Source: Pseudomonadota bacterium (lineage in GTDB: Bacteria > Pseudomonadota > Gammaproteobacteria > DASZBR01). From it: a DNA stretch of 64,000 bases. The translations under genes and the position numbers were made by a program. The notes below the pieces were generated by a model. That model was not told the DNA's origin. It saw only the letters and a program-made list of their open reading frames with translations, and made no database searches. The DNA lies in the NCBI GenBank assembly GCA_021777765.1, contig JAJYDF010000017.1, positions 3,909 to 67,908 on the forward strand, given 5' to 3'. Position 1 is the stretch's first letter. Each line of letters begins with the position of its first letter. Below, piece by piece: positions 31,288 through 41,845 of this stretch.

Positions 31288-31644
31288 ATGCTAACTAATT
31301 ATTTATACATCTTAATTTTTCTCGGAATTGGCGCAGTATTTGGCTTATTGCCTATGGCATTAGGTTATTTAGTCAGCCCTAAAAATCCCACTAAAGAAAA
31401 ATTATCTGCTTATGAATGTGGTTTTCCTGCATTTGAAGATGCACGTATGCCATTTGATGTGAGATATTATTTAGTTGCCATATTGTTTATTTTATTCGAT
31501 TTAGAAACAGCGTTTTTATTTCCTTGGGCCATCGTATTAAATAAAATTGGTTGGTATGGATTTTTAGCCATGGGATTATTTGTTGGGTTATTGGTTGTTG
31601 GATTCATCTACGAATTTAGAATGAGAGCATTAGAATGGCAATAG
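31288..31644 (+). CDS. nuoA: NADH-quinone oxidoreductase subunit A
   Basis: [27 protein letters not shown]. Confidence 0.96.
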   Translation: MLTNYLYILIFLGIGAVFGLLPMALGYLVSPKNPTKEKLSAYECGFPAFEDARMPFDVRYYLVAILFILFDLETAFLFPWAIVLNKIGWYGFLAMGLFVGLLVVGFIYEFRMRALEWQ

Positions 31645-32120
31645 CTGGCTTACAACAACAAGGATTTGTTACAACATCCATGGAAAAAATCCTCAATTGG
31701 GCGCGCAGTGGTTCGATGTGGCCAGTTTCATTTGGGCTTGCCTGTTGTGCGGTTGAAATGATGCACACCGGTGCATCACGCTATGATTTAGATCGATTTG
31801 GTGTGGTATTCCGTCCTAGTCCGAGACAATCCGATGTTATGATCGTTGCGGGTACTTTATGTAATAAAATGGCTCCCGCTTTACGCAAAGTTTATGATCA
31901 AATGTCAGAACCTAAATGGGTTATCTCTATGGGATCGTGTGCTAATGGTGGTGGTTATTATCATTATTCTTATTCTGTTGTGAGAGGTTGTGATCGCATT
32001 GTACCAGTTGATATTTATGTGCCTGGTTGTCCACCCACTGCAGAAGCATTGTTATATGGAATTATTCAATTACAAAATAAAATTAGACGGAAAAATGTTT
32101 TAGTGCGTAAAGAAAAATAG
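31635..32120 (+). CDS. nuoB: NADH-quinone oxidoreductase subunit B
   Basis: [23 protein letters not shown]. Confidence 0.97.
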   Translation: MAIAGLQQQGFVTTSMEKILNWARSGSMWPVSFGLACCAVEMMHTGASRYDLDRFGVVFRPSPRQSDVMIVAGTLCNKMAPALRKVYDQMSEPKWVISMGSCANGGGYYHYSYSVVRGCDRIVPVDIYVPGCPPTAEALLYGIIQLQNKIRRKNVLVRKEK

Positions 32121-32136
32121 GGTAGGGAGAAATAAG

Positions 32137-32823
32137 TTGGCCGATCTCGCAACATTACTCAATAATTTGCAAACAAATTTTGCCGATAAATTATTATCTA
32201 TTACACAAGCCGTTGACGAAATTACCATTGAAATTGCCGCAACAGATTTATTATCTATCTGCACCACTTTAAAAATAGCTGATGAATTTAAATTCGAACA
32301 ATTAATGGATGTTTGTGGCGTAGATTATTCCGAATATGGCATTTCTGAATGGGTCACCGATAAAGCAACGGGTTCCGGATTTGATCGTGGTGTAGATGAA
32401 TCTCTGGATTTGCATTTCACACCATCCAATAAGCCACGCTTTGCTGTGGTTTATCATTTATTATCCATTTCCCACAATCATCGTTTACGCGTACGTACAT
32501 TTGCTACCGGTGAACCACCCATAGTACCTAGCGTGGTTGATATTTGGACATCGGCAAATTGGTTTGAACGAGAAGCTTTCGATCTATTTGGTATTTTATT
32601 CGAAAATCATCCTGATTTACGCAGAATTATGACGGATTATGGATTTATTGGTCATCCATTCCGCAAAGATTTTCCACTGATTGGTAATGTTGAAGTGCGT
32701 TACGATGCAACTCAACAACGGGTTATTTATGAACCGGTGAGCATTGAACCTAGAACATTAGTTCCAAGAGTGATTAGAAAAGATAGTCGGTATTTGGAAG
32801 AAAAATTGGAAAATAAAAATTAA
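32137..32823 (+). CDS. nuoC: NADH-quinone oxidoreductase subunit C
   Basis: [21 protein letters not shown]. Confidence 0.96.
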   Translation: MADLATLLNNLQTNFADKLLSITQAVDEITIEIAATDLLSICTTLKIADEFKFEQLMDVCGVDYSEYGISEWVTDKATGSGFDRGVDESLDLHFTPSNKPRFAVVYHLLSISHNHRLRVRTFATGEPPIVPSVVDIWTSANWFEREAFDLFGILFENHPDLRRIMTDYGFIGHPFRKDFPLIGNVEVRYDATQQRVIYEPVSIEPRTLVPRVIRKDSRYLEEKLENKN

Positions 32824-32828
32824 CTCAT

Positions 32829-32863
32829 TTTTTCCTCCTCCCGCTTGCGGGAGAAGGAAAAAA
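32829..32863. repeat. Solo BoxC-like hairpin (family A) between nuoC and nuoD
   Basis: TTTTCCTCCTCCCGCTTGCGGGAGAAGGAAAA. Confidence 0.75.
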
Positions 32864-32897
32864 CAGTAGGAAAAGAAATTTAGAAGGTATTATTGAT

Positions 32898-34151
32898 ATG
32901 ACAGAAATTCGTAATTACACAGTCAATTTCGGACCGCAACATCCTGCGGCACATGGTGTATTACGATTAGTTTTAGAGCTCGATGGTGAAGTCATTCAAA
33001 AAGCCGATCCCCATGTTGGTTTATTACATCGTGCCACAGAAAAACTCGCTGAATCTAAACCGTATAATCAAAGTATTGGATATATGGATCGTTTAGATTA
33101 TGTATCCATGATGTGTAATGAACATGCTTATGTGTTAGCGATGGAAAAATTATTAGGCATAAAACCACCCATTCGCGCGCAATATATTCGTGTGATGTAT
33201 GATGAAATTACGCGCATTTTAAATCATTTATTGTGGTTAGGTGCTTACGGATTAGATCTCGGTGCAATGACTGTATTTCTTTATACCTTTCGTGAACGTG
33301 AAACGTTAGTTGATTGTTATGAAGCGGTATCTGGTTCACGTATGCATGCCACTTATTATCGTCCTGGTGGAGTTTATCGTGATTTACCATTGCAAATGCC
33401 AAAATATCAAGAATCGCGTTGGCATAATAAAAATGATATCGCTAAATTAAATGAAAATCGCGAAGGGACTTTATTAGATTTTATTTGGGATTTTACTGAA
33501 GATTTTCCACAACGTATTGCTGAATATGAAACATTATTAACAGAAAATCGTATTTGGAAACAACGTACTGTCGGTATTGGTGTTGTTTCTCCAGAACGTG
33601 CTTTGCAATTAGGTTTTTCGGGTCCGATGTTGCGCAGTTCAGGGGTCGCATGGGATTTGAGAAAAAAACAACCTTATGAAGTTTACGATAAATTAGATTT
33701 TGATATTCCTATTGGTACGAATGGCGATTGTTATGATCGTTATTTAGTGCGTGTTGAAGAAATGCGTCAATCCAATCGCATTATTCGTCAGTGTGTAGAA
33801 TGGTTAAAAGCAAATCCTGGCTCTGTCATGCTTGATGATCATAAAGTGACTCCGCCTTCCCGCGTTAATATGAAAAATGATATGGAATCTTTAATTCATC
33901 ATTTTAAATTATTTACTGAAGGTTTTTGTATTCCTGAGGGTGAAGCTTATTCTGTTGTTGAACATCCTAAAGGAGAATTTGGTATTTATTTAATTTCTGA
34001 TGGTGCCAACAAGCCTTATCGCGTAAAAATACGTGCTGCTGGATTTCCGCATTTAGCGGCATTAGATGAAATGTCGCGCGGTCATATGATCGCCGATGTA
34101 GTAGCCATATTATCAAGCCAAGATATTGTGTTTGGGGAGATTGATCGATAA
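32898..34151 (+). CDS. nuoD: NADH-quinone oxidoreductase subunit D
   Basis: [31 protein letters not shown]. Confidence 0.97.
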   Translation: MTEIRNYTVNFGPQHPAAHGVLRLVLELDGEVIQKADPHVGLLHRATEKLAESKPYNQSIGYMDRLDYVSMMCNEHAYVLAMEKLLGIKPPIRAQYIRVMYDEITRILNHLLWLGAYGLDLGAMTVFLYTFRERETLVDCYEAVSGSRMHATYYRPGGVYRDLPLQMPKYQESRWHNKNDIAKLNENREGTLLDFIWDFTEDFPQRIAEYETLLTENRIWKQRTVGIGVVSPERALQLGFSGPMLRSSGVAWDLRKKQPYEVYDKLDFDIPIGTNGDCYDRYLVRVEEMRQSNRIIRQCVEWLKANPGSVMLDDHKVTPPSRVNMKNDMESLIHHFKLFTEGFCIPEGEAYSVVEHPKGEFGIYLISDGANKPYRVKIRAAGFPHLAALDEMSRGHMIADVVAILSSQDIVFGEIDR

Positions 34152-34648
34152 TGTCATCCAATAATAAAACCATTTTGTCTGAAAAAGTGTGTGCTGAAAT
34201 TGATCGTTGGTTAACTAAATATCCACCACATGGTAAACAATCGGCATTATTGCCTGCTTTATTAATCGCGCAAGAAAATAATGATAATTGGTTGCCGCAA
34301 CACATTATTGAAGCGGTTGCCGATTATTTAGCGATTCCTCGAATTGCTGCTTTTGAAGTGGCGTCATTTTATTCTATGTATCATTTAAAACCTGTTGGTA
34401 AAAATGTGATTTCGGTTTGTACCAATATTTCTTGTATGCTGTCAGGCTCGGAAAAAATTGAACATTATTTAAATAAAAAATTAGGTGTTAAATTTGGTGA
34501 AACGACAGAAGATTGTAAATATACAATTAAAGAAGTCGAGTGTTTGGCTGCTTGTGCCAATGCACCCGTTTGTCAAATTAATAAAGATTATCACGAAAAT
34601 CTCACACCAGAAAAATTAGATGAGATTCTGAAGAAATTAGATAATTGA
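34151..34648 (+). CDS. nuoE: NADH-quinone oxidoreductase subunit E
   Basis: VCTNISC, VECLAACANAP 2Fe-2S ligands. Confidence 0.96.
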   Translation: MSSNNKTILSEKVCAEIDRWLTKYPPHGKQSALLPALLIAQENNDNWLPQHIIEAVADYLAIPRIAAFEVASFYSMYHLKPVGKNVISVCTNISCMLSGSEKIEHYLNKKLGVKFGETTEDCKYTIKEVECLAACANAPVCQINKDYHENLTPEKLDEILKKLDN

Positions 34649-34664
34649 ACGTTAGGAATTATTA

Positions 34665-35933
34665 ATGCTTAACCAAATTTGTTATCGCACTTTACATTTA
34701 GATAAACCATGGACTCTTTCAACTTATGAAAGTGCAGGTGGTTATCAAGTTTGGAAAAAAATTCTGCGTGAAAAAACACCGCCGGAAAATATTATTGCTG
34801 AATTAAAATTATCAGCATTACGTGGTCGCGGTGGAGCAGGATTTCCGACGGGATTAAAATGGAGTTTTATTTCACGAAATGCACCAGGTCAAAAATATGT
34901 GTTGTGTAATTCTGATGAAGGTGAACCTGGTACTTGTAAAGATCGTGATATTTTGCGCTTTAATCCACATCAAGTGATTGAAGGTATAGCCATCGCTGGA
35001 TATGTGATGGGTGCAACGGTTGGATATAATTATATTCGCGGTGAATTTTATGAGCCTTTTAAGCGATGTGAAGAGGCCTTAGCAGAAGCGTATGCAGCAG
35101 GTTTATTAGGCAAAAATATTTTAGAGTCTGGATTTGATTTTGATTTATATAATCACACTGGTGCCGGTGCTTATATTTGTGGTGAAGAAACGGCATTAAT
35201 GGAATCACTAGAAGGTAAAAAAGGATTTCCGCGATTTAAACCGCCTTTTCCTGCAAATTATGGTTTATATGGTCGTCCTTCAACAATTAATAATACGGAA
35301 ACTTTTGCATCAGTGCCTGTTATTTTAGAAAAAGGTGGGCAGTGGTTTTTAGATTTGGGTAAACCGAATAATGGTGGTTGTAAAATATTTTCTGTGACAG
35401 GTCATGTGAATAAACCAGGGAATTATGAAGTACCATTAGGTACACCATTCAGTGAATTATTACAATTAGCGGGTGGTATGCGTAACGGTAAAAAAATTAA
35501 AGCAGTTATTCCAGGTGGATCATCAATGCCTGTATTACCGGGTCATATTATGATGGATGTCGCAATGGATTATGATTCCATTCAAAAAGCAGGATCGATG
35601 TTAGGTTCTGGTGCGGTCATAGTGATGGATGAGGATACTTGCATAGTGAAAGTGTGTGAACGCATTTCACATTTTTATAAAGAGGAATCATGTGGTCAGT
35701 GCACACCCTGTCGTGAAGGAACTGGTTGGTTAGCAAGAATGGTGCATCGTATTGAACACGGTATGGGCATGCCAGGTGATATCGATAATTTAGCCCGTGT
35801 TGCAAAAAATATTGAAGGTAGAACAATTTGCGCATTAGGAGAAGCAGCCGCATGGCCAATTGCTGGATTTATTCGACATTTTAGAGATGAATTTGAGTTC
35901 CATATTAAAAATAAAAAATGTTTGGTTGGTTAG
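34665..35933 (+). CDS. nuoF: NADH-quinone oxidoreductase subunit F
   Basis: [35 protein letters not shown]. Confidence 0.97.
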   Translation: MLNQICYRTLHLDKPWTLSTYESAGGYQVWKKILREKTPPENIIAELKLSALRGRGGAGFPTGLKWSFISRNAPGQKYVLCNSDEGEPGTCKDRDILRFNPHQVIEGIAIAGYVMGATVGYNYIRGEFYEPFKRCEEALAEAYAAGLLGKNILESGFDFDLYNHTGAGAYICGEETALMESLEGKKGFPRFKPPFPANYGLYGRPSTINNTETFASVPVILEKGGQWFLDLGKPNNGGCKIFSVTGHVNKPGNYEVPLGTPFSELLQLAGGMRNGKKIKAVIPGGSSMPVLPGHIMMDVAMDYDSIQKAGSMLGSGAVIVMDEDTCIVKVCERISHFYKEESCGQCTPCREGTGWLARMVHRIEHGMGMPGDIDNLARVAKNIEGRTICALGEAAAWPIAGFIRHFRDEFEFHIKNKKCLVG

Positions 35934-35963
35934 ATTTTTTCTGCATTCTGATAGGAAAATATA

Positions 35964-36208
35964 ATGCCCACAATTTTAAGGATTGGTCCTTATAGATTTT
36001 ATTTTTATAGTCATGAACCAAATGAACCACCGCATGTTCATATTGATCGTGAAAATATTCTGCAAAATTTTGGTTAGATCCAATTGGGTTAGGAAATAAT
36101 ATTGGTTTTAGACCTGTTGAGTTAAATAAATTACAATTATTAGTAAGCAAACATCAGAAAGAATTATTGGAGGCTTGGTATGGGTATTTTGGCACTGCAG
36201 TCAGATGA
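35964..36208 (+). pseudogene. DUF4160-family small protein, frameshifted
   Basis: MPTILRIGPYRFYFYSHEPNEPPHVHIDREN, then a shifted frame SAKFWLDPIGLGNNIGF..ELLEAWYGYFG; span of 245 nt is one base short of a whole number of codons. Confidence 0.75.
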
Positions 36209-36467
36209 AAGAGTACAAGGCGTTAAAATAACAAATCAAAATTTAATTGTTGATTTAATGGATGGACGTACAATTTCTGTACCCTTGTTGTGGTATCCCA
36301 AATTATATAATGCAACTATTAAACAGCGTTCTCATTGGGAATTATGTGGTGCAGGTTATGGAATACATTGGCCAGATATCGATGAAGATTTAAGTACAGA
36401 AGGATTACTTAGAGGCGCACCAGCTCCACATATTTACCAATCATCACCACGTCGTAAGCATGCATAA
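36180..36467 (+). CDS. DUF2442-family protein (partner of DUF4160, putative TA pair)
   Basis: L.DGRTISVPL.WYPKL, GIHWPDIDEDLS.EGLL. Confidence 0.85.
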   Translation: MGILALQSDERVQGVKITNQNLIVDLMDGRTISVPLLWYPKLYNATIKQRSHWELCGAGYGIHWPDIDEDLSTEGLLRGAPAPHIYQSSPRRKHA

Positions 36468-36470
36468 ATT

Positions 36471-38861
36471 ATGATCGAAATTGAAATAGACGGAAAAAAA
36501 TTAGAAGTTGCACCAGGTTCAATGATTATTGAAGCGGCTGATGCAGCGGGTATTAATATTCCACGATTTTGTTATCACAAAAAATTATCAGTTGCTGCTA
36601 ATTGCCGCATGTGTTTAGTGGATGTTGATAAAGTCGGTAAAGCTTTACCTGCGTGTGCGACACCTGTTACTGCTGGCATGAAAGTGCAAACGCAATCACA
36701 AAAAGCGATGGAAGCGCAACGGGCGGTAATGGAATTTTTATTAATTAATCATCCATTAGATTGTCCTATTTGTGATCAAGGTGGGCAGTGTGAATTGCAA
36801 GATATTTCTATGGGCTATGGGCCTGATGTATCACGTTATAATTTTGGTAAACGATCAATAAAAGATAAAGATATTGGGCCATTAATTGAAACAGAAATGA
36901 CACGTTGTATTCAATGCACCCGTTGTGTGAGATTCGGTACAGAAATTGCGGGTCTTCGTGAAATGGGTGCTTATAATCGCGGTGAAAATTTAGAAATTGG
37001 CACATTTATTGAAAAAAGTTTAGTTTCAGAAATGTCAGCCAATATTATTGATTTGTGTCCTGTGGGCGCATTAACTTCAAAACCATTTCGTTTTACAGCT
37101 CGCGCGTGGGAATTAATTCAACACGCATCTATTCCTTCTCATGATTGTATTGGTTCTAATATTTATGTTCATACGCGCAATCATCACGGTATTATGCGTG
37201 TTGTTCCGCGAGAAAATGAATCCATTAATGAAACGTGGATTTCAGATCGCGATCGATTTAGTTATACCGCCTTTAAAAGTAACGATCGTTTGACAGTGCC
37301 GATGGTGAAAAGAGGAGGGCATTGGCAGGAAGTCGATTGGCAGCAAGCATTAGATTTTGCAGTAACGAAATTACAGGATTTATTACATCAACAGGGCGCT
37401 AAACAATTAGCTGGATTAATTTCGCCCAGTTCAACTGTTGAAGAATTTTATTTATTTCAAAAATTATTACGTTCGTTAGGGTGTGATAATATCGATCACC
37501 GTTTGCATCAAACTGATTTTTCTCATCAACAAAATATGATGCAATTTCCTGGTTTAGGAATGACATTAGAGGAATTACAACAGCAGGAAATTATTGTATT
37601 AATTGGATCAAATATTCAGAGAGAACAACCCATCGCTGGCCATCGTGTGCGAAAAGCTTCACTACAAGGTTGTAAAATATTTCAAATTAATGTTGTTGAT
37701 TATCAATTTAATTTTACCGTCACTGATAAATATATTGTAAAACCTTCTGAATTAGTTCATGCCTTAGCGCAAATTGCAAAAGCATTATCATTAGTGAGTG
37801 ATCAGAAAATTCCTGATAATACTTTAGATTTTCTATCGAATATCACTATTAATGAAAATGTACGTGCCATCGCCGAACAATTATTAATAGGTGAACGAAA
37901 AACTTTAATATTAGGCGCTATTGCGCAGAACCATCCACAAGCGGGACTTTTATCTCAAATTTCCGAATTAATTGCGCGATTATGTGGTGCAAAAATTGCT
38001 TATTTAACGGAAGGTGCAAACGCTGCTGGCGCATGGCTTGCGGGAGCCATTCCTCATCGTCATGCCGCAAGCAATAATATGGCGATGGAAGGATTAAATA
38101 CAGCAGATGCTATTGCTGCGAAATTAAAAGGATATATTTTATTTAATGTTGAACCGGAATGTGATTGTGCAAATCCCAATTTAGCATTACAGGCCATTGA
38201 ACAAGCGGAAGTGGTAATATCATTTTCAACATTTAAATCTCCGTCATTAATGTTATATGCAGATATTTTATTGCCTATTGCACCATTTGCAGAAATGTCA
38301 GGTACTTTTATTAATACAGAAGGAAAATGGCAAAGTTTTAACGCAACGACTTTGCCTAAAGGTGATACACGTCCTGGTTGGAAAGTGATCAGAGTATTAG
38401 GCAATTTAATGAATCTTCCGCAATTTGATTATGTATCAGCAGAACAAATACGGGATGAATTAAAAGTGATGATTGATGCGCAATCATTTACATCATCTGT
38501 GCCATCGTATAATCAATTAACACAATCTTCCTATAGTCATCAGACAAATAATCATCTCGAGCGAATTACAGAATGGCCAATCTATCGAATTGATGCTTTA
38601 GTACGTCGTTCAATTCCATTACAACAGTCAGCTGCAAGTATTTTACCGGGAATTTATTTAAATAATGCATTTGCACAGCAATTAAATTTAACGGATGGAT
38701 CTAAAACAACAGTAAAACAAGGTGATGGTGAGGCAAATTTAGCTGTGATCATTGATGATAAAATTCCTGATAATTGTGTATTTATTCCTGCAGGATTTTC
38801 TGAAACTGCTAAACTGGGTGCTTCGTTTGGTATTATCGAAATAGGATCTGCACATGGTTGA
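36471..38861 (+). CDS. nuoG: NADH-quinone oxidoreductase subunit G
   Basis: [42 protein letters not shown]. Confidence 0.97.
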   Translation: MIEIEIDGKKLEVAPGSMIIEAADAAGINIPRFCYHKKLSVAANCRMCLVDVDKVGKALPACATPVTAGMKVQTQSQKAMEAQRAVMEFLLINHPLDCPICDQGGQCELQDISMGYGPDVSRYNFGKRSIKDKDIGPLIETEMTRCIQCTRCVRFGTEIAGLREMGAYNRGENLEIGTFIEKSLVSEMSANIIDLCPVGALTSKPFRFTARAWELIQHASIPSHDCIGSNIYVHTRNHHGIMRVVPRENESINETWISDRDRFSYTAFKSNDRLTVPMVKRGGHWQEVDWQQALDFAVTKLQDLLHQQGAKQLAGLISPSSTVEEFYLFQKLLRSLGCDNIDHRLHQTDFSHQQNMMQFPGLGMTLEELQQQEIIVLIGSNIQREQPIAGHRVRKASLQGCKIFQINVVDYQFNFTVTDKYIVKPSELVHALAQIAKALSLVSDQKIPDNTLDFLSNITINENVRAIAEQLLIGERKTLILGAIAQNHPQAGLLSQISELIARLCGAKIAYLTEGANAAGAWLAGAIPHRHAASNNMAMEGLNTADAIAAKLKGYILFNVEPECDCANPNLALQAIEQAEVVISFSTFKSPSLMLYADILLPIAPFAEMSGTFINTEGKWQSFNATTLPKGDTRPGWKVIRVLGNLMNLPQFDYVSAEQIRDELKVMIDAQSFTSSVPSYNQLTQSSYSHQTNNHLERITEWPIYRIDALVRRSIPLQQSAASILPGIYLNNAFAQQLNLTDGSKTTVKQGDGEANLAVIIDDKIPDNCVFIPAGFSETAKLGASFGIIEIGSAHG

Positions 38862-39888
38862 GTATGTTCAATATATTGAAACCCTGATTTGGGTCCTGAT
38901 TAAAATCTTTTTAATTCTTATTCCACTGATTTTAGGTGTTGCTTATTTAATGTATGCCGAACGTAAAGTCGTTGGTTATATGCAATGTCGTATTGGTCCT
39001 AACCGTGTTGGTATTTGGGGTTTATTACAACCTATTGCTGATGTCATTAAATTATTATGTAAAGAAATTATTATTCCTAGTGTTTCAAGTCGTTATTTAT
39101 TTATTATTGCGCCAGTTTTAACGATCGCTCCGGCATTGGCGGCTTGGGCGGTAATTCCATTTAGTCCCCATTTGGTTTTAGCCAATATTAATGCAGGATT
39201 ATTGTATTTATTTGCGATGAGTTCTTTAGGCGTTTATGGAATATTGGTTGCTGGTTGGGCGTCTAATTCTAAGTACGCTTTTTTGGGCGCGATGCGATCA
39301 GCTGCGCAAACTATTTCTTATGAAATTGCGATGGGATTTGCATTTGTCGGTGTGTTGATGGCATCTGGCAGTTTGAATTTGCAAGATATTGTCTTACGTC
39401 AACAAGGTGGAATTTGGCATTGGTTTTGGTTGCCGTTATTGCCTTTATTTTTAGTGTATTGGATTTCAGGTGTTGCTGAAACGAATCGTGCGCCGTTTGA
39501 TGTGGCGGAAGGTGAGTCTGAAATTGTTGCTGGTTTTCATGTGGAATATTCAGGTATTACCTTTGCGATTTTCTTTTTAGCTGAATATGCCAATATGATT
39601 TTGGTTTCGACTATCGCCGCTTTATTATTTTTAGGTGGTTGGTTATCTCCCTTTGAAGGTATTCCTGTATTAGGTCATTTATTTGCTTGGGTTCCTGGCA
39701 TTGCGTGGCTGTTATTAAAAACCTGTTGTTTTTTATTTTTATATTTGTGGATGCGCGCAACTTTTCCACGTTACAGATATGATCAAATCATGCGGTTGGG
39801 ATGGAAGATTTTAATTCCTGTTACGTTAGTATGGTTGACAGTATTGGGATTAGCTATTGAGTTTCATTTGAAACCGTGGTTTGGATGA
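38854..39888 (+). CDS. nuoH: NADH-quinone oxidoreductase subunit H
   Basis: [24 protein letters not shown]. Confidence 0.97.
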   Translation: MVEYVQYIETLIWVLIKIFLILIPLILGVAYLMYAERKVVGYMQCRIGPNRVGIWGLLQPIADVIKLLCKEIIIPSVSSRYLFIIAPVLTIAPALAAWAVIPFSPHLVLANINAGLLYLFAMSSLGVYGILVAGWASNSKYAFLGAMRSAAQTISYEIAMGFAFVGVLMASGSLNLQDIVLRQQGGIWHWFWLPLLPLFLVYWISGVAETNRAPFDVAEGESEIVAGFHVEYSGITFAIFFLAEYANMILVSTIAALLFLGGWLSPFEGIPVLGHLFAWVPGIAWLLLKTCCFLFLYLWMRATFPRYRYDQIMRLGWKILIPVTLVWLTVLGLAIEFHLKPWFG

Positions 39889-39969
39889 TTGATTTATTTT
39901 AATTGTATTTAAATTTTAGATATTCGTAGGTTAGATTTAACACAATATCCTACTGGATCGGAGTGATAC

Positions 39970-40103
39970 GCAAAATATGAAATTATTTATTGCCGGACGA
40001 AGCCGCGTCCTGCGATCGAAGATTACGTCCATGTAATCTACGGTCCTGCAATAAATAATTTCATATTTTGCTTTAAAGTTCAGTGGCTACTTGTTAAATG
40101 TCC
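39970..40103. repeat. Structured palindromic element (family G), copy 1
   Basis: Perfect 24-bp stem 39970-39993/40048-40071 enclosing two GTCC(A)T-loop hairpins; direct repeat of 40675-40809. Confidence 0.9.
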
Positions 40104-40143
40104 ATAATATGTTGTGATAATAGGAATTAAAAGGTCATAAATA

Positions 40144-40635
40144 ATGAAATGGTTAAAAAAATACTTTAATACATTTTTTCTAGTTGAATTATTCCAGGGA
40201 TTAAAATTAACTGGACGGTATTTTTTATCTCCTAAAATAACCATTCAATTTCCTGAAGAAGAAACGCCACGTTCACCGCGCTTTCGTGGATTACATGCAT
40301 TAAGACGTTATCCCAATGGCGAAGAACGTTGTATTGCTTGTAAATTATGTGAGGCAGTTTGTCCTGCATTAGCAATTACGATTGAAGCAGGTCCGCGTGC
40401 ATCAGATGGTTCTCGTCGTACAACAAAATATGAAATTGATTTATTTAAATGTATTTATTGTGGTTTTTGTGAAGAATCTTGTCCTGTTGATTCGATCGTT
40501 GAAACAAGATTTTTACATTATCATTTTGAAAATCGTGGCGAGGAAATAATGACTAAACAAAAATTACTCGCTATCGGCGATCGCTATGAAAAACAAATCG
40601 CTGAAGATAGAGCAGAGGATGCGATGTTTAGGTGA
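40144..40635 (+). CDS. nuoI: NADH-quinone oxidoreductase subunit I
   Basis: [12 protein letters not shown] and [12 protein letters not shown]. Confidence 0.97.
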   Translation: MKWLKKYFNTFFLVELFQGLKLTGRYFLSPKITIQFPEEETPRSPRFRGLHALRRYPNGEERCIACKLCEAVCPALAITIEAGPRASDGSRRTTKYEIDLFKCIYCGFCEESCPVDSIVETRFLHYHFENRGEEIMTKQKLLAIGDRYEKQIAEDRAEDAMFR

Positions 40636-40674
40636 TTTTTGTTTTTGTTGCATTCTAACTGTGCTGCAGGTTTT

Positions 40675-40809
40675 GCGAAATATGAAGTTATTGATTGCCG
40701 GACAAAGCTGCGTCCATGCGATCGAAGATTACGTCCATGTAATCTACGGTCCTGCAATCAATAACTTCATATTTCGCTTTAAAGTTTAGTAGCTACTTGT
40801 TAAATGCCC
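40675..40809. repeat. Structured palindromic element (family G), copy 2
   Basis: Perfect 24-bp stem 40675-40698/40754-40777 with three compensatory changes relative to copy 1. Confidence 0.9.
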
Positions 40810-40882
40810 ATTTATTGAGTGAAAACAAAAATCAAAATGAGGGGAAGATTGGAGAGGGTGAAATAAATTAGGTGGAAGTGAA

Positions 40883-41479
40883 TTGAATATGCTAATTGAG
40901 AATCTTATTTTTATTACATTCGCAGTAACATTAATTGCCTCAGCGGTGATGGTTGTATTTGGTCAACATCCGGTGCGATGTGCTTTATTTTTAGTTTTGG
41001 CATTTTTTGCTGCTGCAGGATTATGGTTAATATTAGAAGCGGAGTTTTTAGCATTAGTATTAATTTTGGTTTACGTGGGTGCAGTAATGACTTTATTTTT
41101 ATTTGTCATTATGACGCTGAGTATTGATTTTGAAAAAATGAAGCAATCATTTTTACGTTATTATGTTCCTCTTGGTGTGATTTTAGTGTGTGGTTTGGTG
41201 ACACTCATGTTTTATATTACTTCGCATGCACATGCCGATTTAATTAAATTAATTCCAATGCAACATGTGCCAGCGGATTATAGTAATACGAAAGCATTAG
41301 GTGGCGTTTTATATACAACTTATGCGTTTGCCTTAGAAGTGGCTGGCGTGTTGTTATTAGCGGCGATAGTTGCTGCGATTAGTTTATGTGTACGCGACGT
41401 TGTTGATAGCAAAAGTCAACGTGTTGATGAACAGATTGCGATTCAGCCTAAAGATCGCATTAAAATTGTAAAAATGTAA
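40883..41479 (+). CDS. nuoJ: NADH-quinone oxidoreductase subunit J
   Basis: AEFLALVLILVYVGAV..LFLFVIM; operon position. Confidence 0.94.
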   Translation: MNMLIENLIFITFAVTLIASAVMVVFGQHPVRCALFLVLAFFAAAGLWLILEAEFLALVLILVYVGAVMTLFLFVIMTLSIDFEKMKQSFLRYYVPLGVILVCGLVTLMFYITSHAHADLIKLIPMQHVPADYSNTKALGGVLYTTYAFALEVAGVLLLAAIVAAISLCVRDVVDSKSQRVDEQIAIQPKDRIKIVKM

Positions 41480-41494
41480 TAAAAACCTTTTTTA

Positions 41495-41520
41495 TCTTTC
41501 TACCGCTTGCGGGAGAAAGA
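41495..41520. repeat. Degenerate solo family A hairpin between nuoJ and nuoK
   Basis: TCTTTCTACCGCTTGCGGGAGAAAGA. Confidence 0.6.
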
Positions 41521-41530
41521 GGAGTAATAA

Positions 41531-41842
41531 ATGATGTTTATCACTTTAACAAATTACCTCATTATCGGAGCCATCCTGTTTGGCCTAGGCATGGCCGGTA
41601 TGGTTGTTAACCGCAAAAATTTAATTGCATTGCTCATGTGCGTGGAATTAATGCTATTAGCAGTAAATACTAATTTCATTGCTTTTTCTTATTATCATCA
41701 AGATATAACAGGCCAAATATTTGTATTTTTTATTCTCGCAGTTGCTGCAGCAGAAGCAGCGATTGGTCTAGCAATATTAACTGTATTATTTAAACATCGT
41801 AAAACAGTTGATGTTTCTCAATTAAATACTTTAAAGGGTTGA
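41531..41842 (+). CDS. nuoK: NADH-quinone oxidoreductase subunit K
   Basis: [23 protein letters not shown]. Confidence 0.96.
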   Translation: MMFITLTNYLIIGAILFGLGMAGMVVNRKNLIALLMCVELMLLAVNTNFIAFSYYHQDITGQIFVFFILAVAAAEAAIGLAILTVLFKHRKTVDVSQLNTLKG

Positions 41843-41845
41843 TCT

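Noticed and set aside
31174-31290. tRNA-Leu as an integration site for an island or prophage
   Set aside because: Directly followed by nuoA; no duplicated tRNA 3' end or integrase seen in the window
35905-36150. 81 aa minus-strand ORF between nuoF and DUF2442
   Set aside because: Antisense to the frameshifted DUF4160 gene, which explains the region better
40586-40789. 67 aa ORF spanning the nuoI end and family G copy 2
   Set aside because: Made of repeat sequence; an indel between the copies (GTCCTG versus GTCCATG) breaks frame conservation
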